Of a stretch of 64,000 nucleotides of DNA, positions 1-11,039 are shown in pieces (positions within the stretch are counted from its first letter, which is position 1; every line of letters starts with the position of its first letter). The stretch spans positions 544,001 through 608,000 of the forward strand of contig JBJMOW010000004.1 in assembly GCA_045803545.1 (NCBI GenBank), in the 5' to 3' direction. A program made the position numbers and the translations under genes. Below the pieces are notes generated by a model. It was not told the origin of the DNA and did not search any database. It saw only the letters and a list, made by a program, of their open reading frames with translations. The stretch is from Gemmatimonadaceae bacterium (lineage in GTDB: Bacteria > Gemmatimonadota > Gemmatimonadetes > Gemmatimonadales > Gemmatimonadaceae).

Positions 1-612
1 ACTCGCCTGAGCGAACGTTGCGATGACGCCGGCGCGATGTCCGTTGCCGATCCAGATCTTCCGACCATTCAGCCGCCAGTGCGAGCCGTCCTTGGCCAGA
101 GTCGCAGTGGTCTTGATGTTTTGCGCGTCCGACCCAACATCCGGCTCGGTCAGCGCATACGCGGCGAGAAAATCACCGCGCGCCAGCGCCGGGAGATAGC
201 GCTCTTTCTGCTGGTCGTTCCCGTGCAGGACGATCGCTTTGGAGCCGAGACCGCAATGAACACCCACCAGGACTGCGATCCCGGCGTCGACGGTCGAAAG
301 TGTCTCGAATACTCGCGCGTAAGCCGCCGAGGACAGCTCCAATCCGCCGTACTTCTTCGGAATCGTCAGGCCCAGCATTCCCAGCTCGGCGAGTGCGCGA
401 ATCACGTCATCGGGAATCGTCTCCTGTTCATCGAATCTCGCCGAGTCGATGAGCGTACCTTCCATATCTCGCAGTCCCTTGATGAGGCGTCGAACGGTGC
501 GCGCTTCATCAGGGTTGTGCTCTTCCAGAGGCCGCGGATAAGGGAAGAGTAGCGAATCGAGCACGACACCCGCGAAGATGCCGCGGGTGAAAGAGGATTG
601 TTGTTCAGGCAC
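1..612 (-). CDS. Acyl-CoA dehydrogenase (ACAD9/VLCAD-like); 5' part only, runs off the window edge
   Basis: Manual minus-strand translation from GTG at 612: MPEQQSSFTRGIFAG..LFPYP..GLTIPKKYGG..YALTEPDVGSDA..LNGRKIWIGNG (TEPxxGSD and LNGxKxWI motifs). Absent from the ORF track because it has no stop in the window. Confidence 0.9.
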   Translation of the reverse strand, partial: MPEQQSSFTRGIFAGVVLDSLLFPYPRPLEEHNPDEARTVRRLIKGLRDMEGTLIDSARFDEQETIPDDVIRALAELGMLGLTIPKKYGGLELSSAAYARVFETLSTVDAGIAVLVGVHCGLGSKAIVLHGNDQQKERYLPALARGDFLAAYALTEPDVGSDAQNIKTTATLAKDGSHWRLNGRKIWIGNGHRAGVIATFAQAS

Positions 613-638
613 TCAGAGAGCTGGTGAAGGTTCGATCG

Positions 639-1088
639 TTAAGGCGTCGTGGCGGCAACGACATCGCGCTCGCGCAGCCAGCGCCAATGCACGACGAACA
701 GAATCAAGGCGACGATGATGAGAAGTCCGCTGCCAATCAAAGTCCTCATCGCGCGGAATTTCACGTTGCCGATCGCCTGCTCGCGCTCAGCCTCATAGAG
801 GCGGCGCAGGTCCGTATCGGACAGGTTGTCCGTTTGCACCTTTGACGGCGCAGCGCCGACGGGCATTGGCGCGCGTGGGTCGCGTTGAGCGTCGAGCTTG
901 TAGAGCTCGAAGCTGCTCAACGATCGGCCGGACCTGCCGTAAGCGCCCGCATCGGCGCGAATTGGATCGCTCAAATCAATCACCGCGTCGACCACCGATT
1001 TGATTGAGATGAGAATTACGATCACAGTGATGAAGCAAACTGCGTAACCGTAAACCTGCGCGATGCGACTATTCGTTCTGTCCATCAC
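639..1088 (-). CDS. Hypothetical two-TM membrane protein (DUF5671-like)
   Basis: N-terminal YGYAVCFITVIVILISI and C-terminal LLIIVALILFVVHWRW hydrophobic helices; co-oriented between YyaL and the ACAD. Confidence 0.65.
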   Translation of the reverse strand: MMDRTNSRIAQVYGYAVCFITVIVILISIKSVVDAVIDLSDPIRADAGAYGRSGRSLSSFELYKLDAQRDPRAPMPVGAAPSKVQTDNLSDTDLRRLYEAEREQAIGNVKFRAMRTLIGSGLLIIVALILFVVHWRWLRERDVVAATTP

Positions 1089-1096
1089 CAGTCTCC

Positions 1097-3172
<2,076 letters not shown>

Positions 3173-3178
3173 GCGGTA

Positions 3179-3577
3179 CTAGGTAATGGGATTTGTGCCG
3201 GTCATCCGCATCGCGAGATCGTCGGCTCGTGCCTGGTCGGTCTCGTGGGGGCGATAGACGATGACTTCCACGCGCTCGAGGGTGATCAGACCGCCGGTCA
3301 CCATCTTGTCGAGCTCGGGCAATACTGAATCGATTTTGTCTTCAGTATCGACGCACTCGACGACGATCGGCATGTCGAGGGAGAAATCCACGAACTTCGC
3401 GGCGTGGATGTGACTGCTGGCACCGAAGCTCATGATCCCGCGAGTGACGGTGGCGCCGGCGAGATGTCGCTGACGGAGCAAGTTCACAATCGCCCAATAC
3501 AACGGCTCGCCGTTGTACTTGTCGCGCTCGCCGATGTGGATCCGCATCAGGACGCGCTCACCCTTCAGGCCGTGCAT
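3179..3577 (-). CDS. DUF190 (PII-like) protein
   Basis: LMRIHIGE, AGATVTRGIMSFG, LDMPIVVECVD, GLITLERV; adjacent to crcB; AAGGAGG RBS upstream. Confidence 0.9.
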   Translation of the reverse strand: MHGLKGERVLMRIHIGERDKYNGEPLYWAIVNLLRQRHLAGATVTRGIMSFGASSHIHAAKFVDFSLDMPIVVECVDTEDKIDSVLPELDKMVTGGLITLERVEVIVYRPHETDQARADDLAMRMTGTNPIT

Positions 3578-3610
3578 ATTCCCTCCTTTCAGCAGCTATA
3601 ATCAAGGTAC

Positions 3611-3997
3611 ATGATCTACCTCCTTATCGCACTTGGCGGCGGCGCCGGATCGGTCTTGCGGTACCTACTCGGGAGCGTTGTCCAGCGAAGCAGCAGCAGC
3701 GGATTTCCGATTGGCACAATGGTAGTGAACGTTTCAGGATGTTTTCTAATCGGAATTCTGGTCCGTCAGTTCCTGAACATGCAGTTGTCCAACGATTTAC
3801 GCGCGCTCATGGTCGTCGGATTCTGCGGCGGATTCACAACCTTTTCCACATTTTCGGCAGACACTCTGGCGTTGATCGAAAGCGGAGAGTACGCCCGCGC
3901 GACTGCCTACGTTTTTCTCAGCGTGTTTCTCTGTCTGCTGGCGACACTCGCCGGTATGACTGCAATTCAACTGGCGGGTGCGACCAGGCATGGGTGA
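3611..3997 (+). CDS. crcB: Fluoride channel Fluc/CrcB
   Basis: GGGAGSVLRY, FPIGTMVVNVSG, GFCGGFTTFSTF motifs; 128 aa. Confidence 0.95.
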   Translation: MIYLLIALGGGAGSVLRYLLGSVVQRSSSSGFPIGTMVVNVSGCFLIGILVRQFLNMQLSNDLRALMVVGFCGGFTTFSTFSADTLALIESGEYARATAYVFLSVFLCLLATLAGMTAIQLAGATRHG

Positions 3998-4049
3998 TCC
4001 GGCATGCTGGTCGCATCTCTTTTCCGATGATGATGGCGAGCCAAAGGAT

Positions 4050-5471
4050 ATGACAACAACAGCGGCGGTTGACACAGGTGCGGGACAGATTGCGCGCGAG
4101 CTCACGGACTTTCTGAGCAGGAACGAAGAGCGAATCATGCAGGAGCTGTTCGAGTTCCTGCGCATACCAAGCGTGAGCGCGAAGTCAGATCACAACGCGG
4201 ACACCAAACGCGCCGCGGACTGGGTAAAGAATTCGCTCGATCGCATCGGCGTCCCTGCGAAGGTGTATCCAACGGCCGGGCATCCAGTGGTCGTCGGAGA
4301 ATGGCGGAACGCGCCGGGTGCACCGACGGTTCTCATCTACGGGCACTACGACGTCCAGCCGGCGGAGCCGCTCGAGCTTTGGACATCGCCGGCGTTTGAG
4401 CCGACGATCCGCGATGGGAACCTGTTCGCGCGCGGCTCGGTCGATGACAAAGGCCAGCTCTTCCTGCACGTGAAAGCGCTGGAAGCGCACCTCGCGACGC
4501 GTAAGAAGCTGCCGGTCAACGTGGTGGTCATCGCTGAGGGCGAAGAGGAAGTCGGCAGCGAGCATCTCGCGCAGTTCGTCGAAGAACAGAAAAAACTTCT
4601 AGCCGCCGACGCGGTTGTTATCTCGGATTCGGCGATGTTCGCGCCGGGCCTGCCGTCGGTTCTCTCCTCACTGCGCGGACTCGCCTACTTCGAGATCAAT
4701 GTGCAGGGACCAAAGGGCGATTTGCACTCTGGCAGCTATGGCGGCGCGGTGGTAAATCCGGCGATGGCGCTGGCTCGCATTCTCGCGACTTTCCACGACG
4801 CCAAAGGGCACATTGCCATTCCTGGCTTCTACGACAAGGTGCGCGAGTGGCCGGCGAAGATTCGCGAGCAGATGCGCTCACTGCCGTTCGATGACAAGAA
4901 TCTGATGGAAGAGACGGCTGTCAACGCGCTCGGTGGAGAGGAAGGTTACACCACGCTCGAGAAGCTCTGGACTCGTCCGACGTGTGAAGTGAATGGATTG
5001 CTGAGCGGCTACACTGGCGAAGGCGCGAAAACAGTTTTGCCGGCGAAGGCGATGGCGAAAGTGAGCTGCCGACTGGTGCCCGATCAGGATCCGGCCGACA
5101 TCGAGAAACTCATGAAAGCCCACGTCGCCCAGGTCGCGCCGAAGGGGGTAAAGGCAGAGGTGAGAACGTTGCACGGCGGCCGGCCGTGGCGCGCGGAGCT
5201 GGACGGACCGATTTACGAGGCGGCGAAAGCTGCGCTGCGCGCGGCGTTCGGAAAGGAGCCGGTGATTACGGGCGAAGGGGGCTCGATTCCCGTCGTCGGT
5301 GACTTCGAGCGCATACTCGGGGCGCCGGTGCTGTTGGTCGGCTTCGGACTGCCCGGCGAAAACGCCCACGCTCCCAACGAGTGGATGAGCGTCGAGAATT
5401 TTCGCGGAGGGATGAGGGCGATGGCGGCGATGTGGGACGAATATGCGCGGCTTGTTAAGACTGCGGGGTGA
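4050..5471 (+). CDS. M20/M25/M40 family dipeptidase
   Basis: YGHYDVQP, RGSVDDKGQ, EGEEE, DLHSG, HAPNE motifs; ATG 4050 after AAGGA chosen as start. Confidence 0.92.
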   Translation: MTTTAAVDTGAGQIARELTDFLSRNEERIMQELFEFLRIPSVSAKSDHNADTKRAADWVKNSLDRIGVPAKVYPTAGHPVVVGEWRNAPGAPTVLIYGHYDVQPAEPLELWTSPAFEPTIRDGNLFARGSVDDKGQLFLHVKALEAHLATRKKLPVNVVVIAEGEEEVGSEHLAQFVEEQKKLLAADAVVISDSAMFAPGLPSVLSSLRGLAYFEINVQGPKGDLHSGSYGGAVVNPAMALARILATFHDAKGHIAIPGFYDKVREWPAKIREQMRSLPFDDKNLMEETAVNALGGEEGYTTLEKLWTRPTCEVNGLLSGYTGEGAKTVLPAKAMAKVSCRLVPDQDPADIEKLMKAHVAQVAPKGVKAEVRTLHGGRPWRAELDGPIYEAAKAALRAAFGKEPVITGEGGSIPVVGDFERILGAPVLLVGFGLPGENAHAPNEWMSVENFRGGMRAMAAMWDEYARLVKTAG

Positions 5472-5673
5472 GGACTGAACGGCGCAGTGCCTCGCTGAGC
5501 GCTTATCGCTACACGCTGTTAGCCGATCGCTCCCTGCGACGGACAGATCTCATTGCATAAAGGCAAACAGAAAGTTTTCCTGGCGTAATCGCGATTTGTC
5601 CCGTCGCTCGCAGCGCTTAGCGGTCAGCGTGAAGCGGTCAGCGCTCAGCGAGGCCGTTAGCAGTTTAGTCCTC
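5470..5673. repeat. ~200-nt imperfect inverted repeat built from heptamer arrays, between convergent genes
   Basis: Arm pairs GAGGACTGAAC/GTTTAGTCCTC, GCCTCGCTGAGCGCT/AGCGCTCAGCGAGGC, GCGACGGACAGATC/GATTTGTCCCGTCGC; 7-nt periodicity in both arms. Confidence 0.85.
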
Positions 5674-5675
5674 GA

Positions 5676-6443
5676 TCAAAAAAGATCGATCTGCGCCTTC
5701 CTCTCCCTCTCGCGTCTGGTCAGCGCACCTAGCTCGGCTTCGCTCATTGGCTGCAAACAATCGGGCGCGTCGTAACCGGGATTATTGACCAGCGTCGAGA
5801 TGGGGAAATGCTCGAGCGCTCCATCGTGGTGGTATGCTGAACCCTGAACAAGCGAGAGCGGTTCGTGATTGCGCGACGGGTCCAGCCACTCGTCGTAGCG
5901 CGACGGGTCGAGCAGCACCGCCATCCGATCGTGGAAGCGCCCGTACCAGTCGTCGGAATCCTTCACGATTACGGTGCACGACCACAGCTCCTCATTCGTC
6001 CTATGATCGTGCCAGCGATTCCAGAGTCCGGCCATCGCAAAAGGAACTCCGTCGGGACGCCGGAGGAGGTGTGGGATCTTGTTCCGTCGCGTGCCGACCC
6101 ATTCGATGATTCCGTCGATCACGACGAGACAGCGCTGACTGCGCCATGCTTCCTGGAACGTCGGTGCTGACGCGACAGTCTCGATTCTTGCGTTGAACGC
6201 GGAATACTGGGAGTCAAATTCCTTGACGCGCTCGCTGTTGGCGAGCTTCGACGGGATGAAGTTCCAGTGCATCGTGCGCAGTACCCGCTGCTTCAGGAAC
6301 GGGTCGAAGTAGACGGCGGGAATTGGCTCGCGCGGATTCAGATTGTAGCGCGGCTTCCAGTCACCTGGCGTGAACTTGCTGGTGTAGCCGTACAGCTTTT
6401 CGGTGATGCCGTCAGGATTTACGACGGTCGCGCGCCCGCACAT
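5676..6443 (-). CDS. SOS response-associated peptidase (SRAP, YedK/HMCES family abasic-site protein)
   Basis: N-terminal MCGR, PRYN, FNARIET, RCL..DG..EW, HDRM. Confidence 0.92.
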   Translation of the reverse strand: MCGRATVVNPDGITEKLYGYTSKFTPGDWKPRYNLNPREPIPAVYFDPFLKQRVLRTMHWNFIPSKLANSERVKEFDSQYSAFNARIETVASAPTFQEAWRSQRCLVVIDGIIEWVGTRRNKIPHLLRRPDGVPFAMAGLWNRWHDHRTNEELWSCTVIVKDSDDWYGRFHDRMAVLLDPSRYDEWLDPSRNHEPLSLVQGSAYHHDGALEHFPISTLVNNPGYDAPDCLQPMSEAELGALTRRERERKAQIDLF

Positions 6444-6467
6444 GAAGAGAATTAAGCTGCGGGCAGC

Positions 6468-7433
6468 CTAGTTCGCGACCGCGAACTCCGTCTGGCGCGC
6501 ACGACGCCACGCCGCCGGCGACAATCCGGTCTCGCGTTTGAAGGCGCGACTGAATGCGGCTTCCGATTCGTACCCGACCTGCGCGCCAATCGCAGCCACC
6601 TTCGACGAGCCTCGCGCCAGCTGCTCCGCCGCCAGCTGCAGCCGCCACCTGGTGAGATACAGCATCGGGGGAACGCCGACGAGCGATGAAAATCGTTCGA
6701 CGAGCACGGTACGGGACGACGCGATCTCTTTCGCCAGCTCGGCGAGCGTCCACGAGCGTGTCGGCTCTTCGTGCAGTCTCGACAGCGCAGGGCCAACGAC
6801 GTTATCGCGCAACGCCCCGAGCCAACCGGCTTCCTGCGGCGGCAGCGTCTCGACGTAACGTCGCAGAACTTCGATGAACATCAGCTCCGCCATACGCGTG
6901 AGCATCGTCTCACTTCCGACCCGCCCCGTCCGTGATTCGGCCACTACCTGTTGCGGGAACTGCGACAGGAAACCGCCCGCCGCGCCGGGAATCACGATCA
7001 CCCGCGGCAGCGCCGCAATCAACGGGTTGAACGGTCTCGAGTCGCAGCCGAGGAAGCCGCATACCAGCTCCGTATTACGCGCGATATCGTTGGGACCGAG
7101 GTAGACGTTGCTCAGAAAGCGACTGGCTTCGCTGCCGTTTGATCCGGAGCGGTCGACGTAATCTTTCGTGCTCGACATCAGGTGCGAGTCGCCGTGCGGG
7201 AACACGATCACGTCGCCCGCGTGCAATTCGATCTGCTCGCCCAGCGGTCCTCCCCAGCAGGTGCCGTTGAGCAGGATGTGATATGAGATGAGATGTTCCG
7301 CATGCGGCAGAATGCGCGGCACCAGCTCCTTTGCCGGGACTGTCAGTACGGACCAGCGGCCGCCGGCTTCGACGTGGTAGAAGTGCGCACCGTTCAGCCT
7401 GACTGCACGCAAAACGTCCGACAGCGGATCCAT
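6468..7433 (-). CDS. AraC family regulator with N-terminal cupin domain (RclR-like)
   Basis: MDPLSDVLRAVRL start typical of the family; WTLAELA..SR..F, VGYESEAAFSRAFKR HTH; start moved from 7583 to ATG 7433. Confidence 0.93.
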   Translation of the reverse strand: MDPLSDVLRAVRLNGAHFYHVEAGGRWSVLTVPAKELVPRILPHAEHLISYHILLNGTCWGGPLGEQIELHAGDVIVFPHGDSHLMSSTKDYVDRSGSNGSEASRFLSNVYLGPNDIARNTELVCGFLGCDSRPFNPLIAALPRVIVIPGAAGGFLSQFPQQVVAESRTGRVGSETMLTRMAELMFIEVLRRYVETLPPQEAGWLGALRDNVVGPALSRLHEEPTRSWTLAELAKEIASSRTVLVERFSSLVGVPPMLYLTRWRLQLAAEQLARGSSKVAAIGAQVGYESEAAFSRAFKRETGLSPAAWRRARQTEFAVAN

Positions 7434-7437
7434 TGCC

Positions 7438-7455
7438 GCAGTATTCGAATACTGC
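7438..7455. promoter_or_regulatory. Perfect 18-bp palindrome immediately upstream of the AraC gene
   Basis: GCAGTATTCGAATACTGC, 4 nt from the ATG at 7433. Confidence 0.5.
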
Positions 7456-7635
7456 TGCTTGCCGGCGAGAGTCGATGTACTCCCAGTAAGAAGACGGCCC
7501 CGCTCGCGAACCTGCTCACCCATATCAGAACTCACAATCAAGAGACGCGGACGATCTGTCATTTGCAGCACGTCCGGACACACGTAATCTGCGCTGTGAG
7601 ACAGAAAAGCGCTGAACAGAGTTTACGGAGAACAT

Positions 7636-7809
7636 ATGGGTACGGGTTATACCACGCTGCGCGGTGAGCGAGGCGCGGCTGATGGCACCGGGACGGAACC
7701 GGAGAAATCGCGGCCGATCAAGAGCCCCAACGTATGCAAGAACTCAGGGCGTCGCGACAAAGGGGACGTAGCATTCGCGCGGGTCTTCAAGATTCGCAGC
7801 GTCAAATAG
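7636..7809 (+). CDS. Possible 57-aa small protein
   Basis: GGAG RBS 5 nt before ATG; MGTGYTTLRGERGAADGTGTEPEKSRPIKSPNVCKNSGRRDKGDVAFARVFKIRSVK; fills an otherwise empty gap divergent from AraC. Confidence 0.35.
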   Translation: MGTGYTTLRGERGAADGTGTEPEKSRPIKSPNVCKNSGRRDKGDVAFARVFKIRSVK

Positions 7810-7843
7810 ATGATTCGCGCGGGATCCCGGCGACGCTCGATAT

Positions 7844-8224
7844 TCAGCCTTGAGTAATGGATAGGATGTTTCCGTCCGGATCCTTGAACCACGCTACGCG
7901 GGCGCCGCTCGGCGAATCCCAGATCCCGAGCGCGTCCTGATCCATCCCCGCGAATCGTTCGAAGACAACGCCTTTCTTCGAAAGCTGCCTGGCCACTGAT
8001 TCGGCGTTTGAGACGTGAAAGCCCAGAATGGTAAATGCCGAGGGCTTGAAACTCTTGACCGACGAAACGTTCGCGATTCGAATCATCACGCCGTTCGCGT
8101 CGAACACTAAAGCGAATTGATCTTCGCTCAGGAACTTCAAGCCGAGCGTCTTCTGATAAAATGCGCGTGCCTTTGCAGGCTCACGCGTCGGGACGAACGC
8201 AATCACATCGGCTGATTCCAGCAT
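7844..8224 (-). CDS. VOC/glyoxalase family protein
   Basis: ARAFYQKTLGL, ARVAWFKDPDGNILS. Confidence 0.9.
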   Translation of the reverse strand: MLESADVIAFVPTREPAKARAFYQKTLGLKFLSEDQFALVFDANGVMIRIANVSSVKSFKPSAFTILGFHVSNAESVARQLSKKGVVFERFAGMDQDALGIWDSPSGARVAWFKDPDGNILSITQG

Positions 8225-8228
8225 TGAC

Positions 8229-10340
8229 TCACTCCAGCTTCAGCTCCCGCAATAGCGCGCGAAAGCGCGGGTGGTTGTGCAGGGACGTGAACAGAAAAGA
8301 GCTCTTCATCGCGTAGGTCGGTCCGGTGCGCGCGATCACAGCCTGTTCGAGATAGTCGAGAGCGCGATCAGAATCGCCCAGTCCCGTATAGACGTAAGCG
8401 AAGTGATAGGGAGATACGAACTTTTCACGCGCATATGCTTCCAGCTGCTCGAGAATCGTACGTGCCTTCGCTTCGTCGCCGGCCATCGCGTAGGCCTGAC
8501 CCAACTGGCCGAGCCAAAGCGTATTGCCGGGTGAGCACGCGACCGCTCGTTCGAGCTCGGCGATTCCGGCGCTTTGGTCTCCGTTAAGGAAGTAGGACCA
8601 GCCCAGTGTCGAACGCGCGCGGTCGTAACCGGGTTCGAACTCTACCGCTGCTTCCGCCGGCTTTATCGCCTCCTCGAACCTGCCCGCGCGAAGCAGCGTG
8701 GTGATGCGGTCCATGCGGTGCGCGAGCGGATCGAGCGCATGGGCGTGTTCCTGCGCCGCGATTGCTTCGTCAAACCGGCCGAGTCCGGCCAACATCCGAC
8801 CGTAAAGCACGTAGGCGTCGGCGCCGCTCGGGCTCAGCTCGATTGCTCGCTTGAATCCGTGCTCGGCGGCTTCCCAGTCGAACTCATGAGCGCTTTTGAG
8901 ATAGGCCAGGGTGCAATGTGCAGCGCCGAGCTCCGGATCCAGGTTGAGTGCCTGTTCGGATGCTTCAATCGCGCGCTCGTAAGCCAGGTCAGGGCTTATC
9001 GCGCCGACTTCGATAAGCTCGGTGTAGGCGATCGATTTGACGGCGTAGGCAAGCGCGAAAGAGGGATCGCGCGCAATCGCCTTGTCGAAAAACTCGATCG
9101 ATCGCAGCAGGCCTTCAGGTGTGTACTTGATGTACCACTCTCGGCCGCGCTGAAATAACTGATACGCGGGAATGTCGCTGGTCGGGCCGCGACGCACGCG
9201 ACTGCGCTCTTCCCGTGAGAGCTCGGCTTTCATCGCAGCGGCGATCTGCAGCGCGACGTCGGTCTGAATCGCAAAAATGTCAGTGAGCTCGCGATCGTAA
9301 GTCTCCGCCCACAGGTGCTGATCGGTCTGAACGTCGACGAGCTTGGCGACGATCCGCACCCGATCACCGGCGCGACGCACGCTGGCGTCGAGGATTGTCA
9401 TTGCGCCAAGTGCGGCGCCGATTTCCCGCAGAGATTGCTGGCGCTGCTTGAATCGCATCACTGACGTACGCGAGATGACTTTGAGGGCGTGAATTTTGGA
9501 TAGATGCGCGATTACGTCGTCGGTAATGCCATCGGCGAAATACTCGTTCTCAGCATCGGAGCTGAGGTTGATGAATGGCAGCACGGCGACGGAGGACCGA
9601 CTTTTTGCCGGTGCCGGAGTGCGTACCACTGGTGCCGTGCGCAACTCCTCGGCGAGGCGTGCTACTGCCGGATCGGGATCGAGATCGAGATCGGCTCGGC
9701 GGCGGCGCGCGTGTTCCGCGGCGTGGTGAACGGCGCCAAGGCGATCACCGGCGTCGTAAAGCGCCTTCATCAATTGCTGCGCGTAGAGGCCGGAGTGGGG
9801 ATCGACTGCCACGAGTCGTAAGCAGGTACGTACGCGTCCATGTAGGTCACCTGCCTGCTCCTGGCGTTGGGCGAGCGTGAGCAATGCACCGACGTATGCA
9901 TGCGACAGCTCGCTTCGACGCTCGTCGAGCCAGTATCCAAACTCCGAGGAATCGTCGAGATGAAATCCATCCAGCAGCGGGGCGGTGTAAAGTCTCGCGA
10001 CGCGATCCGACGCGTCCTCATCGATAGCTTCTCGGAGATCGAGCAAATCGCAGTTTGCTCGCGACGGATTGAACAGCAGCCCATCGCCCGTCGACGTGAT
10101 CGCCTCCTCGCCGAGCGCGGCACGCAGAACATGAACGGCGAGATTGAGCAATCGGCGTGCGCTGGGGAGGTCTTTCTCCGGCCAAAGCATCGCCATCGCC
10201 TTGTCGCGCGAGATCGGCTGCGGCCACGATGACGCAATTAGCGCCAGCAGCGCGATGCGGTGGCGTTGGGCCGGAGGGCCAGTGAGGGGAGCGTCGCCCG
10301 CGCGGAGGCAGGCACCGCCGAGCAATTGGACCGTGACCAT
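8229..10340 (-). CDS. SARP-type regulator: winged helix + BTAD + TolB-like domain + TPR repeats
   Basis: LLGG..ALLALIA..SRDKAMAMLWPE..LRAALG (wHTH), LYTAPLLDGF..W (BTAD), SVAVLPFINLS..EYFADGITDD..LKVISRTS..HLWAETYDR (TolB-like), C-terminal TPRs. Confidence 0.88.
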   Translation of the reverse strand: MVTVQLLGGACLRAGDAPLTGPPAQRHRIALLALIASSWPQPISRDKAMAMLWPEKDLPSARRLLNLAVHVLRAALGEEAITSTGDGLLFNPSRANCDLLDLREAIDEDASDRVARLYTAPLLDGFHLDDSSEFGYWLDERRSELSHAYVGALLTLAQRQEQAGDLHGRVRTCLRLVAVDPHSGLYAQQLMKALYDAGDRLGAVHHAAEHARRRRADLDLDPDPAVARLAEELRTAPVVRTPAPAKSRSSVAVLPFINLSSDAENEYFADGITDDVIAHLSKIHALKVISRTSVMRFKQRQQSLREIGAALGAMTILDASVRRAGDRVRIVAKLVDVQTDQHLWAETYDRELTDIFAIQTDVALQIAAAMKAELSREERSRVRRGPTSDIPAYQLFQRGREWYIKYTPEGLLRSIEFFDKAIARDPSFALAYAVKSIAYTELIEVGAISPDLAYERAIEASEQALNLDPELGAAHCTLAYLKSAHEFDWEAAEHGFKRAIELSPSGADAYVLYGRMLAGLGRFDEAIAAQEHAHALDPLAHRMDRITTLLRAGRFEEAIKPAEAAVEFEPGYDRARSTLGWSYFLNGDQSAGIAELERAVACSPGNTLWLGQLGQAYAMAGDEAKARTILEQLEAYAREKFVSPYHFAYVYTGLGDSDRALDYLEQAVIARTGPTYAMKSSFLFTSLHNHPRFRALLRELKLE

Positions 10341-10347
10341 GCGAGAT

Positions 10348-10370
10348 CCAGCTAATTCCCAGCTAATTCC
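10348..10370. promoter_or_regulatory. Tandem 11-bp direct repeat, putative SARP/wHTH binding site
   Basis: CCAGCTAATTC twice (10348-10358, 10359-10369) in the divergent intergenic region of the SARP gene. Confidence 0.6.
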
Positions 10371-10446
10371 GAGCGGAAGTAGGAGTTAAGCGGCTTGGTT
10401 CATCTTCCGCGCGTTGAACATAACTCACAACACACGCGGGGGCACG

Positions 10447-11010
10447 ATGAGATATACAACCACACTCGTTCTGGGTATCGCGCTGCTAAACGCTTGCAGT
10501 AGCGAATCCATTACCAAAAGCAGCAACGACTTGCGAATCGCGGGGAGCAAGTCGCAGGGATCGGATGTCAATCAGGATCTAGCGCGTTTGAGGCAGGTTA
10601 CCGCGTCGTTCCACGATTTCAACACCGCGTCTAACGCAGGATGGAAGACGCAGATCACGCCGTGCATGACCGATGCGGGCGGAGCTGGCGGAATGGGTTT
10701 CCATTACGGAAACACTGCTTTGATCGATGGCACCGCCAGCGTCGACAAGCCACAGCTGCTGCTGTTCGAGCCGGAAAAAAACGGCAACCTTCGACTGGTG
10801 GCGGTCGAGTACATCATTCCCTACACCTTCGTTCCGCGCAGCGCCACTCCGCCGCGGCTGTTCAATCAGGATTTTCAGCAGGTGGATGCGTTTCAGCTTT
10901 GGGGCTTGCACGCCTGGGTCTGGAGGGACAATCCGAGTGGGATCTTTGCGCCCTGGAATCCGCAGGTCAACTGCGTCAACGCGACCGCCAGAATCTCAAT
11001 GTCGCACTAG
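10447..11010 (+). CDS. Conserved hypothetical lipoprotein
   Basis: Lipobox LNAC; motifs GGMGFHYGN, LLFEP..LVAVEY, LHAWVW..NPSGIFAPWNP. Confidence 0.8.
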   Translation: MRYTTTLVLGIALLNACSSESITKSSNDLRIAGSKSQGSDVNQDLARLRQVTASFHDFNTASNAGWKTQITPCMTDAGGAGGMGFHYGNTALIDGTASVDKPQLLLFEPEKNGNLRLVAVEYIIPYTFVPRSATPPRLFNQDFQQVDAFQLWGLHAWVWRDNPSGIFAPWNPQVNCVNATARISMSH

Positions 11011-11039
11011 TGGAACTGAACCTTTGACAGGAGACAGCG

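Noticed and set aside
37..552. 171-aa plus-strand ORF
   Set aside because: Antisense shadow of the minus-strand acyl-CoA dehydrogenase, which has clear motifs
3578..3610. Fluoride riboswitch before crcB
   Set aside because: Only 33 bp and no GGCGATG..CGCC/CTGATG motif
7434..7583. N-terminal extensions in the ORF track (AraC 7583, also 30607, 36005, 41165, 56111, 57176, 57649, 59735)
   Set aside because: Family-typical N-termini, RBS or -10 boxes and overlaps with neighbours favour the downstream starts used above
9671..9693. GATCGA-type hexamer repeats in the SARP gene
   Set aside because: Explained by the coding DLDLDPDP sequence
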